Assembly (NCBI GenBank): GCA_965645245.1
Contig: OZ287072.1
Span: forward strand, 434,001-498,000
Length of the DNA: 64,000 nucleotides
Direction: 5' to 3'
Source: Massalongia carnosa
Taxonomy: Eukaryota
Shown here: piece after piece, positions 11,675 through 26,074 of the stretch
How the letters are laid out: every line of letters starts with the position of its first letter
How positions within the stretch are numbered: position 1 is the first letter of the stretch
Made by a program: the position numbers and the translations under genes
The notes under the pieces: model-generated
What the model was told of the DNA's origin: nothing
The model's input: only the letters and a program-made list of their open reading frames with translations
Databases searched by the model: none

Positions 11675-14427
11675 CTAAGTGGCTCTTGCAATCTCCTGTA
11701 ATGCCTCTTCCTGGACACTCATGGGAATCGTGGCAATGAAGGCTGCAAAGGCTCCTACAACACCAACGACGACACCTGAAACAAATTTTCCGATACCGAT
11801 CGATGACACGCTGGACATCTTTTGCCTTTTCTGTGCAGGAGCAATAAATTCTAGGCTCGAACCGGTCTCGGCTCTAAGGGATTCCATGGAATCGGCAAAT
11901 GAAAATTGACCCAGCTGAGCCTCACCGTTCTCAGCATTGTCTTGGTACTGTGCATCATTGAGATGGACTTCTTGGCTTACAGCTTTCAATGAGGTCGTTT
12001 GCTGAGGTGGCTTCACAACTTCCTCAACGCAATGATTCTCAATTCTGCTGGAACTCATATGATCTACTTTTCTTTTCAAACTTCGCGAGTTATCCCCTAG
12101 AGGATTCACAATATCCGAGATATTGAGCCGTGAGACATGAACTTCGTTGCCTCTATGATGATTATCAGGTTCTTCTGAATTGCTGAAACCAGCCTTGTCG
12201 CTGCCGACGGGTGGGCGAGGGCTTCCTGGATGGCTCATATAACTGGTGGCATCGGTTGATGGTTGAGGGGCAACACTAGAAAAGCTCTGAGCAGTTGACT
12301 CTAATGACAGTGAAGTGGGTTGTGGCTGGAATGAATACGTTGGCAATGTATTATGCTGGGTCTGATTAGCGAATGGACCGTCATCGTAACGTGGCCATGG
12401 AGGTTCCGGAGCATCAAACAGTGAGCCTTCGCGAGCATGATAAGATGAAGCAGAAAAACCTAGCCACGGGTGACTAGCCTTGTGGCTCGGCTCCCTCAAA
12501 TATGAAAAATCATTACACAGAGGTGGCAGTCCGTCCTTAACTGAAGCCCAATGATCATGGAACGAAGTGGCGCTAGCATTTTTGGCTAACGCTGCATCGG
12601 ATGGACTTGGTGTTCGTTGGGTTGCTTTAAGTGCATCACCCTGAGAATCTTTGCTAATATCAATGATATCGTTGGAGCTGACACGGTTAGGCCAGGTGGT
12701 TCGGTGTGAACAATTGGCCATTACGCTGTTACCAACGGGATTTCCCTCCAGATCGAATGAACCGCAAGGCTTGGAGGAAGTATGTGGTGGTTGAGTAGAT
12801 CCACTGGTATACGAATGCTCAGGGTAATTTTTGTGCCTTGTGAAATAGTATTCGTTTCTCTCAAAACCGTCCTCCTCAATTTCATCGAAGTCATCCGCCG
12901 CGTTGCTAAATGATTTCACACGCGGACTATCAGTTGTTGAACTTGCAATGCCTCTTGTGTGGGCATGATCTTTATCTCCTAAATTATCGCCTTCGGCATT
13001 GTTCATGTAAGGGCTGTCCATGGATGCCTGAAATGTCTTATTTTGCTCAGCTTGACGTGGTATGTTCGAAGAAGAATACGAAGTAGAGTTGAAGTTTAGC
13101 CGTGGTCCCAAAGCCGGTGCAACTTTGACATGTTCAACTTCTGGCTGCTTTTCTTTTGTTGAGAGAACTTCCGGGCCATCGTCGTCAGTGTCGCTATCAA
13201 GGATGGTTTTTCTATTCGTCGATCCAGTTCCAAGCTCTATGGAATTGAAATATGATGCCCCAATTTTTTCGAACTTGCCAAAGCGGCTGCAAGTCCCTGT
13301 CTTATTAGAGCTAACAAACTTCAAATCCTCAGCCGGCGTGCGCTCCGTCCAAACATCTATAGAATGCTCTGGTGTAGTCCCGGCAAGATTTTTGGCAACT
13401 TGGTGTTGAATTACTACTGGTGTAGAAGGGTTCTCAACCACAGTGAGTTGCGGGGTAGACGAAGAAATTTCCTCGTTGTGTTCGTCTTCATCCGACTCAA
13501 ACTCATCATCTGAAGATGGAACAGAGTAGGCGCGAACATGAGAATCGAGCACCTGTACCGAGTCCTCACGAGATTGGTCAGACAGCGACTCGATCTCTTC
13601 ATCCGGGACGCAGAATCTCAAACTCCCAGAACTTGTGTGACTCGACGGATTAAGGTGAGCCTTAGACCTGAAAATCAGATCAGCTATTGATCTTAATAGG
13701 CTTGGATGCATACGAACCCCGATTCCTGCCACAGAATATTTATCCGAAACTCCTTCGCAGGATACGAGACTACATCTGAAGTCAGCTCCACTACCGAAAA
13801 ACCATCTGTGATGAAATATGTTCCAACTCCAAATGCAGGCGCAGCAATGTGAGAAGATCAATAAGAGCACTCGAGCTTACGTTCTCCACTTGTCACTTTG
13901 ACACCGAAGGTGATGACGCTGTTATTGCCCACCTTGTACTCTACCTGGGGTTGAAGGCGAACATTGTCCAGGAAAGTTCCATGGGTAGATCCGTTGTCGC
14001 ATATACAGAGTCCCTATGTTCTCTTCTTAGAAGGAGCAGATTTTTTAATAGTGAGTTGAAGTATCCCACAAACCTGACGAGCAGTGGACACAGTAAACCG
14101 CGCATGCTGTCGTGACATGATAGGACTGTCGAACCATGCATTGTCGTGGGCGGCAATCAAACCTTTGTTTTCGTTCTTCGAGGCTCGACCGATGTCGATG
14201 TGCTCGGTGGTTGGATTCACGACAAACGTTCTATGTTGTTCAATCGAATCTCCCAACGGCGTGAGCGTAACAAGAGCTGCGGTAATGTTATTAGCACTCC
14301 ACCGTTTAGCATTTATAGCACGGGTGGAATTTGAAGCCAGAGTGAAAGCATTAGTAACGCTTGGACAAGAGCCAGGCCTGCGCTTCGTCAAGAATGACTA
14401 CTTACCCTCCAAAACTGGAGAAGCCAT
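11675..14427 (-). CDS. FHA-domain protein with long disordered region and C-terminal transmembrane anchor, about 5 exons
   Basis: ATG at 14427 (MASPVLE then GTAAGT donor). FHA motifs IDIGRAS, FDSPIMSRQHA, DNGSTHGTF, ITFG. Hydrophobic tail FVSGVVVGVVGAFAAFIA. Confidence 0.85.
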
Positions 14428-15201
14428 CTTAAGTCTCCGCCTTGAGTAGACGGAGGACACCAAGACGATTGTTGGAGGGGCCCAAGTCCTGCTCGTGGGT
14501 TGAAGCAAGTTAACTAAACTGAAGGTATGCGGCCTCGAGAAGTTACAAAGCAGGAGGAGGCAGGTTGGGTAGATGGAGTAACATGTAACACGGGAGAAGG
14601 AGAAGGAAGGCGGGATTAGGGGGTGAGAGTGGGTGGGTTGGTGGGCATATGGTTAGGTAACGTGGGCAGGCTTGCAGGTAGGCAGGTGAGGTACTTTGTA
14701 TGTACTCTGTACGGAGGACTTCACAAGTAAAGTGGGAGTGAGTGGTAATGTGGTAGGCAGAAGGCCGCCTAACGCTTTCTTAGTGGGGTAGTCTAGCCAG
14801 GAGTGTTATCGATAAGCCGTTCTCACGGCTGCGATGCTGAGCCTCATCAAAAACTCATACTACAACAACACTGGTGCGCTTGCCTTCCTCTTGAGCCTGG
14901 GGGAAACGTTTTCTTGTACACTCGATAGCATATTTACTACAAGATGATCACAAGAAAATATTCAGGCGACGCTATGTCGGGCAGGTGATCAACCTAAAAC
15001 GCGCTTGACTACCTTATACCTACTTGTGGACTTCACAAGCGTCAAAGGGGCTGCTATATCACCTACCGGCAACCCACAATCATGATCAAAGTTGATTCAA
15101 AACATTAAAGCCAGCTTTGTGTCCCAATTTGATCCCCCATCCGAAAAGAAATCGCTTGGTGAATTCAACCCTACTCTTTCTGTTTTCCACAAGACTGCCA
15201 C

Positions 15202-16698
<1,497 letters not shown>

Positions 16699-17302
16699 GG
16701 TGAGCCAATTGTTGACTCCCCACTGAAAAGTCCACGATCGCTGATCAAAGCGAGAGGAGTATGTAGATGTAGTATGTAGCAACAGAATAGGGTGAAGAGG
16801 AAAGGAGCGATAGCTGCCTTAAACTTGGGTTGGGGGCGAGCTGACGTAGCGCTGGCACTTCGGGGACCGGTGGTCTGTCGTAAAGAGGATTTGCCTCAGG
16901 TAATGTTGAATGCGAGAGGTTTTGATTGGAGGTAGCCGCGGAGAAAACACGGAGACTATATCACGTTTTCATTGAATATCCAACGAGACAGAAAGGAAGG
17001 CATCAAGTGCTGTGGCTTTGGAGGTGGGATGGTGGGAGGGGATGATCCCCGCAGACGACGCGGCTGATAGGAAAGCCTTCCGAAAGCTTAGCAATCGTCC
17101 GCTTCTTGAACAAAACCGTGAGGCTGAGTTGACCGGGTCCTCCTCTTCTAAACTCCCACATTAACTTTCCTCAACCAGCATCACAGTAAAACACAGCTGG
17201 TTTTCCTTCAGCCGCAATAGACAGATTCAAGACGGGAACGGGGTTGGAGGGAGAAAGGGATCATATTATGTATTGTTTCAGTGTTTCTAATTGACTAGAT
17301 TC

Positions 17303-18137
17303 CCCCGGGAGAGCTGAAACACATCTGGGCCAAAAGCCTACTGATCGACTCAAAAATCGTTCAACCACCAAAGACACACCCACCATGGTTCGAAGTCTAC
17401 CCGGCGTGGCACTGCGAAGCTATCGTTGCGGCAACGGCCCGACATAAGCAGATGTAAACAATCAAAGCACGACAAATGAAGGTCTGGAACGACTCGTGGT
17501 GCGCATATCAAAATCGCGTCATCGAACCCTCCATAGCACAATCAGTCCCACTGAGCAAAAAACGGCTGAAAATACACACGCAGCTAAAAAAGGCAGAAAG
17601 CGCTCTAATAACACAAATCCGCACTGGCAAGATCGGGTTAGCTGACTTCCTCTACAAGCGACGGGTGCCCTCCGTCACCTCACCGGCCTGCTCATGTGGC
17701 TGGCACAGATAAACTCCAGAACATGTAATCATGTTCTGCAGACTTATTGACAATAGAGAACAGATGTTTCGCGCCGCCGGCACGAGCGACTATCATCAGC
17801 TGACCAAATTATCAAAAACTCTGAAGATACTAACTGCTTGGCTAATGAAAACAGGCTTATTGAATCAATTCTCACTAGCATCAACATTATTGTAAAATCA
17901 ACAATAATTGAACCTTTCTTTCTTTCTTCTCTTTTCACAAGGCATTACAGTTCCCACACGTCTTTTGCACTGCGTCTCCCGCCCGACGTCGACCCGTAGT
18001 CACATCGGACGGGTATCAAGGGACATGGTTTTTACACCTGTGAAAGGTTTTCCATGTAACATAACTTAGATAGCTTTGCCCGCATGGGCCGGCCTACGGC
18101 CGGTGTCATATCGGAGTATGAATACATTATCATCATC
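17303..18137 (+). mobile_element. 5'-truncated non-LTR retrotransposon (Tad-like LINE): end of ORF2 plus 3' UTR
   Basis: Flanked by the exact 14-bp direct repeat AATTGACTAGATTC (17289-17302 and 18138-18151). Encodes KAESALITQIRTGKIGLADFL...CSCG...TPEHVIMFC (CCHC finger) with in-frame TAA at 17455 and 17710. Ends in a short (ATC)n tail. Confidence 0.92.
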
Positions 18138-19021
18138 AATTGACTAGATTCGTCCCTTTACTTGCATCAAGCAACGGGGACATAAGAGGATAAACGGATC
18201 CTCCAATGAAGGGAATTTGGACTTTGAAATCAAGTTCCCATCGCAATGAAGTAGGAAAAGCTGGACTGATCCTACAGTAAACTCAAGGTGGTGAGAATGG
18301 CAAGGCGAGGGTCCAGGAAAAAATGACATGACGGTAGATGATAGATGACGGATGGGCAAGTCCAATGATGCACGTGAATAGCGTGTACATATAGATCTAC
18401 CTGATCGGGCGTTCTAGGGCGGCTGACGGCTAGGATGCCCATCTTCATATCGATCGATGCTGAAGATGCATGTGGTATGAGACTTTGTTATAGTTAAGGT
18501 TCAAAGGATGAATGAATGCAGCTGAACCTTGGATTTCCAAAATTTGCCCCCCTCAAAAATTATATTTTCGGGTTTCACCCAAGTATGGGTGATGTAATTA
18601 TTAGGTCGCCGACAGAGGGAGAGATACGATTCTTTTAATACTGTAAACCGACAGACCAAGAAATGGGGCAGACAAAACTTAAGGGCATTACGGGTCATGA
18701 TGAATCTCTCCCATTTTCCGTTTCCGTTCCCCCTTTCTTCCAACCAGACCCCTCCCCCTTCCCACCTCCTTGTTTCTTCCCTTACCCAATCGTCCCCTTC
18801 TTTGTCTGCCTTGTCGGATATTTCAATTATTCTTTCTAGCTGCAAAATACCGGATTACTCCAAGAAAGATGACCTGCATACGATCTACCATAGATCCGCA
18901 CAGATAAGAAAAGGTGAGGGGAAATAACGCTTGCACACCGCAACTCCAAACACGCTTTTAACATTACAGAAACATCTTAGCAAGAGCTCACAAACACTGA
19001 GAACCTCAATCCCAGACTCAT

Positions 19022-22000
19022 CTAGAAGGCGTCTTCCGTAGGTGATCCGACGTGATTTGGCGATCCTCGATAGCGGTTAGGCTTGATGCCATTTTGAGCT
19101 TTCTCGAGGTTGAAGCTGCCGGAACTAGTAATGGGCCGAGGGCCGGTGGGTTTGCGCTGAGGAACAGAATTGGAAGCTGAACGAGGAGAACCGTTTGCCT
19201 ATTCAACTAGGGTTAACGCCGATTTCACTATTGTCCTGGACCTTTGGGCTGAGATCAAACGAGAGAAAGTTATTAGCGTACCTGTTCGGATCCTAAAGAG
19301 CCGTTACTGTACCGCTGCTCGGGCGCTAAGTGCTCCGAGCTTATGGGGGACGCGAATGTCGGCCTAGTATCTTTACCTGAAGATTTTATAGGCCGTACTG
19401 GTATCAGGGGACCGTCGTCTCGCACTTTTGGTGGTCTAGGCGGTGCCGTTGATGTTTGATTAGCAGCCGAGATATCAGAATACCCAGCATCTGAAATAGG
19501 AGAAAGATTGCCGGCACCACCGCTATGTCGGTTGCCTGGACCAGGTGCGAAGCGAGCAAGACTTGGGTTAGAGCCCCATTGGTCGGAGGTGGGAGAGATC
19601 GGAGACCCAAAATTGTGCGCCTGAGATTCGAGCTGATGGTGATAGCGCTGTGTAGGACCTATTCTTGGTTGAGGATGCTGAAGGTTTAGAGAATCACGTT
19701 GGGCTTGATATTTAGGTCGCTCAGACACTTGCGAAGGGATTAGAGGCGAAGAAGGTCTATTCTCTTGATTGACAGCGTCATTGTCAAGCGAGTTGTTGGA
19801 CCGGAGACGATCATCTGCTCGGGGATCATAATTTTCGTTTGTGTTGTATTGTCCTTCGGATCCTGATCGGGACGCTTCAGAAACAGGTCGTTCCTTTCGA
19901 GCGGTGCCCCTAAAGTTATCACCCACAGACGAAGCTGTTGTCTTGGACCATCTTGAGATTTTTGGTAAGAAAGATGAGCTACTCGATTTATGTTTTCGAC
20001 TCCTGTCCGTTCCAGTCATGGGTGTATGCTCGTTACTTTGAGCTCCTGTGGGTATGTGCACTTGTGGAGGGGTGTCCAGTGGAACAGATCCACCTCTCGG
20101 AAACTCTCGGGTGGGCGTAAGATGGTTCCCATCATTGGCAAATTGATGGTCGAGCACGTTCTGCTCATGGTCTTCAAGATCTTCATCCCCTTCAAGGACA
20201 GTGCTAATCCGATTTTGTGATCCTCGACGACCTTCGTTACCTCTCATACCACTGGGCTGTTTCGAAGGAGGGTTTGAAAAATATCCCGAGTGATTCCCGG
20301 TTGAGGAGGTGCCAGCTTGACCTTCGGGTTCGTAGCCGTCTGGTCCAGCAGCTCTTAGATTATCATAGGAACTTAGGCTTCCCGGATGAGTTCCGTTGGC
20401 GCTTGGTCGGATGTCTTGACCAGCCTTCAAAGCTTCCATTTCTCCCAGGAGCTGGAGGAACATGTCTTCGATTTTCCCTAGGTCATTTGAATTTCGGCCA
20501 CCTAAGCCTTTGAGCGCACGCTTGAAAACATTTCGTCGCTTTGCAGGCATATCATCCATGTAATCATCATCAGCCGAAGCACGGCGTGGCGCTCGCGGCG
20601 TACCGATTGGTTGAGGTCGTGGGCCTCCAATGACCTTTTGGATTGTGCGATCGTGCTGCTTATTTCCCGTATCAATCAACATTTCATCTTGGTCAGCAAT
20701 AAATCTTTTCATATCCTCAAACGAGTTGCGCATCTCGGCAGCACTTCTAACCAATGTAACCAGGATTTCCGTATCACGAGCGTTTCGCTGTGCATCCCGC
20801 ACAGTAAGCTGTACGAGTATCAGTATACTATACTTTAGCTAGGAAGGTATCGACTTACGTGGTCCATGAGAGCGACAATATCTTTCGATTGTATTCTATC
20901 AATGCCTCCGCCAGTGGCACTGTCATAAAGCGGGGAAGGCATCCCGTGAGAGTTTGCGCTCAGATGTCTTGCGCGATTGTTGGAATTCACAAATGGATCA
21001 TCCTTCATCAAATCATCGATGCCATCTATGCCTCTGTCATATGCACCAGCGTTCCTAAGTTTCGGCTCTGGACTTAAACCAGGGTTATTAGCGGAGATAT
21101 AACCCTCGTCTCTAGTCATTGGAGGGGTAGGAATGGTTTGATGGTTCATATACGCATCGTGAACAGGCTCAAAGTTATGGTTCGCCCCATTGTATTCCCG
21201 TGAACGAATATCTTCCTTGAGAGACATTTCACGGGACCTGTTTCCACTCTCTCGTAGTTCCTTTTCTTGCTGTGCGAGGGCAGCTGCACTCAACATACCC
21301 ACAGCAGCAGCTTTGAGGCTCTCATGAGTGCTGCGCTCGTTGGTTCGCACCGGATCATTTTTCGATTGGGGCGGTGTAGGATGGCCAGGCCAGTTGTCCC
21401 GACTGTCATGATGCACACCACCGATGGGCCCTCGAATGTATGATGGGTTCGTGGTAAGATCCGAGTCGGATCCTAGGCCATTGCCGATTTCCGGCATAGG
21501 ATCATCCAGGATGGGCAAAGCGCTTGCTCCCAAATCAATGCGCTCGTCACGATCATCTAAAGATCGAGTCACGCTTTGGCGTGGAGAGTTCGCTTCCACA
21601 TGTTTTCTGTACTCCTTCAAATCCTCAAATGATTCTACATGGTGAGCTTGATGGGCGTGTTCATTGGCCTCGGTGTGAACGTCTTCATTCATTTCCCTAT
21701 AGTTTCCGTGTTCTTCTCTTTGGAGGTCCTCCAGAGACTCCGCGCGAGACTTGCGTTCGACCTTTGATTGTTCAGAAAGGATTGAAGGATCGAGGAGAGA
21801 AGCAACTGTCGACTCGACCGCAACAGGAGTACGTATGTATTCTGCATGCGCTCCTGCTCCCGGTACTTTCCTTGCTGCAGTGGCCTTTCCAATGAATGGT
21901 GCATCCAAGCTGTCCTCTGTAGAATTAGTCATATGTTTGATGTCAACGATTGTGTCTCTGAAATTGCTACTGTCGTAAGATTCGCGATATCGATCGTTTT

Positions 22001-24386
22001 TTTCATGTTGCCGTTCATACCAGTCGTCCATGGCCGGGTCATTGGCAGAATAACCATCTTCAATAAGTTCAGCGTGCTGATCGAGTACATCCTGTTCGTT
22101 TTCAAGGTTGATGCCTTTAGGGCGATTGGAGCGGGCAATCTTCGTGCTGGCAGCCGAGGAGAGGGAGTTAATGGATAATCTTGATGCCTTTCCATGTTGT
22201 TGCTCCAAAGATGAGATAGAACCAGAGCTATACGTTTGTCGCAACGAGTCTCTGTTAGGGAGATCGCTTTCTTCTTTGTAGCTTGCAACACTCTGTATAG
22301 GACTTAATCCACGATTACGAGCCCGATGGGCATAAGTGTGGTCCCCATGGGCATCTAGATGGTCTTGTTGCCCGGAAAGGTGATCTGCATCAAGGGTACC
22401 TGCAGCAGCCGTACCCCTGAAATAGTCAACTTCAGCAGTCATTGAGCGACGGTTCTGGTTTCGGATGCTGTCATCGCTATGAGTACTATGAATACTAAGG
22501 TCTCCCCGAGAAAGGTTACTATGGTGGGTGCCTAAGCCTTTTCGTAAGTTTACGGGAGTTCTGGTAGGTGTCCTAGATGCAGGCGACAGCACCTCTCGAG
22601 GGGAGCCCCGCGAGACTTGCCGAATTTCAGCCCTCCGTCGCTCGGAGGGCGATGATGGTTCCTCAGTGCGCTCAGACAAGATAGAGTCCCTCGTCACGTC
22701 TGAACCGTATATCTCGCTTCGCATTGGCATGGGAGGAATATCGTGCTTGTTAAAAATCTCGTCAGTGCTCTCAGCAATGCTTGCACTTCTGCTATGGCTC
22801 TTGCTCCTCCTGCGTCTGCGTTCTCGCTTATCAATGCTTGAATTGGAGTCATAATGGTTTAATGCTGCGCTTGTAATAATTGCACCCGTAATCCCCCCAG
22901 CTGCGGCGTCCTTGACCCGATGTCCTTCTTTGCTCTTTCGCCTCGAGTCTTTCTCTTCATTATGGATGACAGTCTCTTCAGACATGTCTCTCTCAAAGCT
23001 GCGGTCCGAAGGGGACTCGATAGTTTGGTCATATTTGCTCTCTTTTCTGCCCTTGATGGAGTTTCCGGATAGCACCAACCCTACATTGTTTTCATCACGG
23101 TTCAGGACGACCTGGGGCCTGATCGATACATCTGGGGCACTTGCATGCTTAGATACACGACGAACAAACTCTCCTCTCGGAGAAATAGAAGCAGAAGCAA
23201 CTGGGTCTCTATTGTTCCGCTCAAAATCGTTGCGGTTTTTTTGCATTTTCTGCTCATGTCTCAACGTGGTGAGCTCTGGAAGTATTAAGCGGCGAATAGC
23301 GTCCTCAACTGTATCAAGTAATTTTGGATTGTTGAGCGATGATTTGGAGGTGCCAGATCGAAACGAATACTGATCACCAGATGTCCGCCTAGGAGAGAGT
23401 TGTGAGTTGGTAAGTATACTGGAATCCACACCGCTAACTAGCTCTTCATCGTGTTTGTGCCTGCTAGATCTGCGCTTGGGGGATTTGATTGAGTCAACTA
23501 GTTGTTCTGCGCTAACGCTTCGACTCCTGTTCTTGCTCCTGTGCGTTCGCTTTCCGCTGCTAGTATTTCTTGATTGGCCCTCAAGTTTCTCAACGACCTT
23601 CTGCGCTAGCCTCTCCCTGCTAAGGCTGCGGCTCCTCCTTCGCGATGGTGTCTTCAGGGTATCCTTTGAGTTTACAAGAGCACCCCTACTTAGGCTCCGA
23701 CTTCGGTTTCTACGCGGAGTTGAGTTTCCTAAATTTCCTTCGAGCATGCTGTCTGGTGGCATGGACGAGATTTCCGAGGGATTCTGCTGGACATACCGCT
23801 GATTTCTTGTCGTACTAGCGACAGATATATCGCTTCCCTGGTCTCGATGCATGACCTCAATATCGACTGGGTATCTGCCCGCTAGCGAAGAATCTTCCGC
23901 GGCAGATGTATACGAACTTATACTTCTATCATCAGTATACTCAGTGATCAGCTTATCCTCTGTGCTCTTTGGTCTCAATGAGATCCGTCTGGTATATGAT
24001 GGCTTCCGACCACTTCCAGCCGCAGTTATCTGAATGTGCTCGTTCGTCTCTTTAGCTTTGCGAGCAGATGAAGGTGTTACCTTGACCCGGACACTTGGCC
24101 TCGAATGCACGTTGGAGCCTTTTCCACCCTCGAAGTACTCTATCAACAACGACGTCTGCGATTGATGAGCTGCCCTTGTTAACGTTTTCTCGTGTTCTCT
24201 CTCACGCTTGTCCTTCCTCTTCTTCGTAGATATGATGACGGGGCTGCCGTCCTCGGGAATCGAATACGACGTCCGGTCTGTGCGACGTGACAAGTCTGTA
24301 GCAAGATCGGTCCCTGTCACGCTGCCTCCCGAGGTTTGTAGAGTAGATGATTCAGTGAGCGCAGGTAATAGAGGTTTAATGCCCAT
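19022..24386 (-). CDS. Large Ser/Arg-rich conserved fungal hypothetical protein, 3 exons
   Basis: The 1183-aa and 509-aa ORFs are joined by a GTAAGT...CAG intron (DIVALMDH|LTVRDAQRNARDTEILVTLVRSAAEMRNSFE). Conserved-looking blocks QTSLLIEYFEGGKG and VEDAIRRLILPEL. The last exon ends with TAG at 19022. Confidence 0.85.
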
Positions 24387-25110
24387 TGCGACGATGAGAA
24401 GATAGCGTTTTTATCTAGCGACAACGAATATGTAGAATGATCTGAGCATCTGTACTCCTCACACCCTTGAAGGTTTGTGATCAAGGTATTTCCAAGTCGT
24501 ACAGCCTCATAGGAATCGAGAGCACAGACGACCGGGTAGACGCAGATACTAAGAAAAAATTGAGGCCGGTCGTGACGGCTGCGAAAGAAATGGTTGTTGT
24601 AGGATAATGCTTGGCCTGACGGTCGAAGACGATGATGAGGCAGATATTGCTCCGAGTGAATACCAACGCCGGTGGCAGATGATGATCTTTGTAACTTGGT
24701 GATGACACCGCTTGAAGTCGAGCTGAGTTGTCGTTGAACCAATCAAGGAGAGGGCAAGCTGCGTGTTGCTGCGATATTCACTGCAATTTGGCGGACGAAA
24801 CCTTTTCTCCGTACGTTGAATAACTGGGGGGCATCCAGCGTTTCAATTGCAATCTTACCAATGTAAAATCCTCATGGATCATTCATGTTATTCTGTACCT
24901 GATGAGGTTGGGGGGAAAAAGGTGAAGCAGCAAGGTTTCGGTTTCTCTAGAAACAAGCTGAAAGGCTGCATCTGCATCCTTGGGGCTGCGGCGATTGATT
25001 ATAGGACAGAAGACCCGAACCAGGGTACGGCACACAAACAAACAGCAAACTAGTCGAAGGTACACAGTAAGTTACAGCCTATACTGCAACTTGTCCCTCG
25101 TATCACACAA

Positions 25111-25275
25111 AGTACAGAGTACCCATGCTTAGGTACACTGTATGGAGTACTCTGTAGAGAACTCCATACCTACCAGAGAACAGGGTATACCGTAACGACC
25201 TCTGTACAGAGTACTCCGTGCTCTGTGTGATACTCAATTACGAGGTATTCTACGTTTCCAAGCGCTTGGCTATCG
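25111..25275. repeat. Cluster of GTAC-containing motifs (GTACAGAGTAC / GGAGTACTC)
   Basis: agtacagagtac, ggagtactctgtag, ctgtacagagtactccg and gagtaccgagta lie within about 160 bp of intergenic DNA. Confidence 0.6.
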
Positions 25276-26074
25276 GTCGAGAGTACCGAGTAGCTAAGGA
25301 GCAGAACTTATGGAGTACAAACTCGAACAGCTCGCCCCGTATCCATATATATCTCAGGTACCTTGTAAAGTATTTAGATCACGACAGTTATCACCCATCA
25401 CATCACAATACAATCACTTGCATCTGTCTGTTTGAGCACTTTTAATGCCTTCGGAACGGTCTGATTTCTATTTGCTCTGCGTGCTTGTTACCGCCTAGGA
25501 ACTAAAATGCCCAGGTTGACAGTTGACCTGACGACAAAATTATCCTTCCCCCCCTCCTCCCCTAACATCCCACAAATACGCCCAGAGCCACCAAGAACCA
25601 GTGTTTAGGCCTCGCGCTTGACAGCTCATCAAAATCCCAAAAGTAGCGCTCTCACCTGCGGTTCGCCGGACAATGGTTTTGGTGCCGTTCTTGTGCTGCA
25701 GAAGCGCTTTAAATTAACTAGCGAATAATAACGGCGCGCGACCCGAGGTTGAAATGCTGAAGAGCCTTGTTGAGCACAATCATCGTTTTAAGGCAAATAG
25801 TTGTCTGGTACTCGTAGTTGGAATACACGTGCCAGGTACATAGCATGCCTTTAGTATCAAAAGGGACTACCGGCTCCAAAGAGTGACTTGAATGATTATG
25901 AAGCTTTTCCATCCCTTTTGTAGGCTCTTGTCTACGTAAGGAGATGTGATCCTTAGCAGGGATGCGCCCATACACCTATGAGCCCTTGAAGTACGCAGCG
26001 CAATCTTACCACCAACACCATGCTAATCTTCAAGAACACTACTAATCCCACATTTCTCATTATTATCCCCTTCC

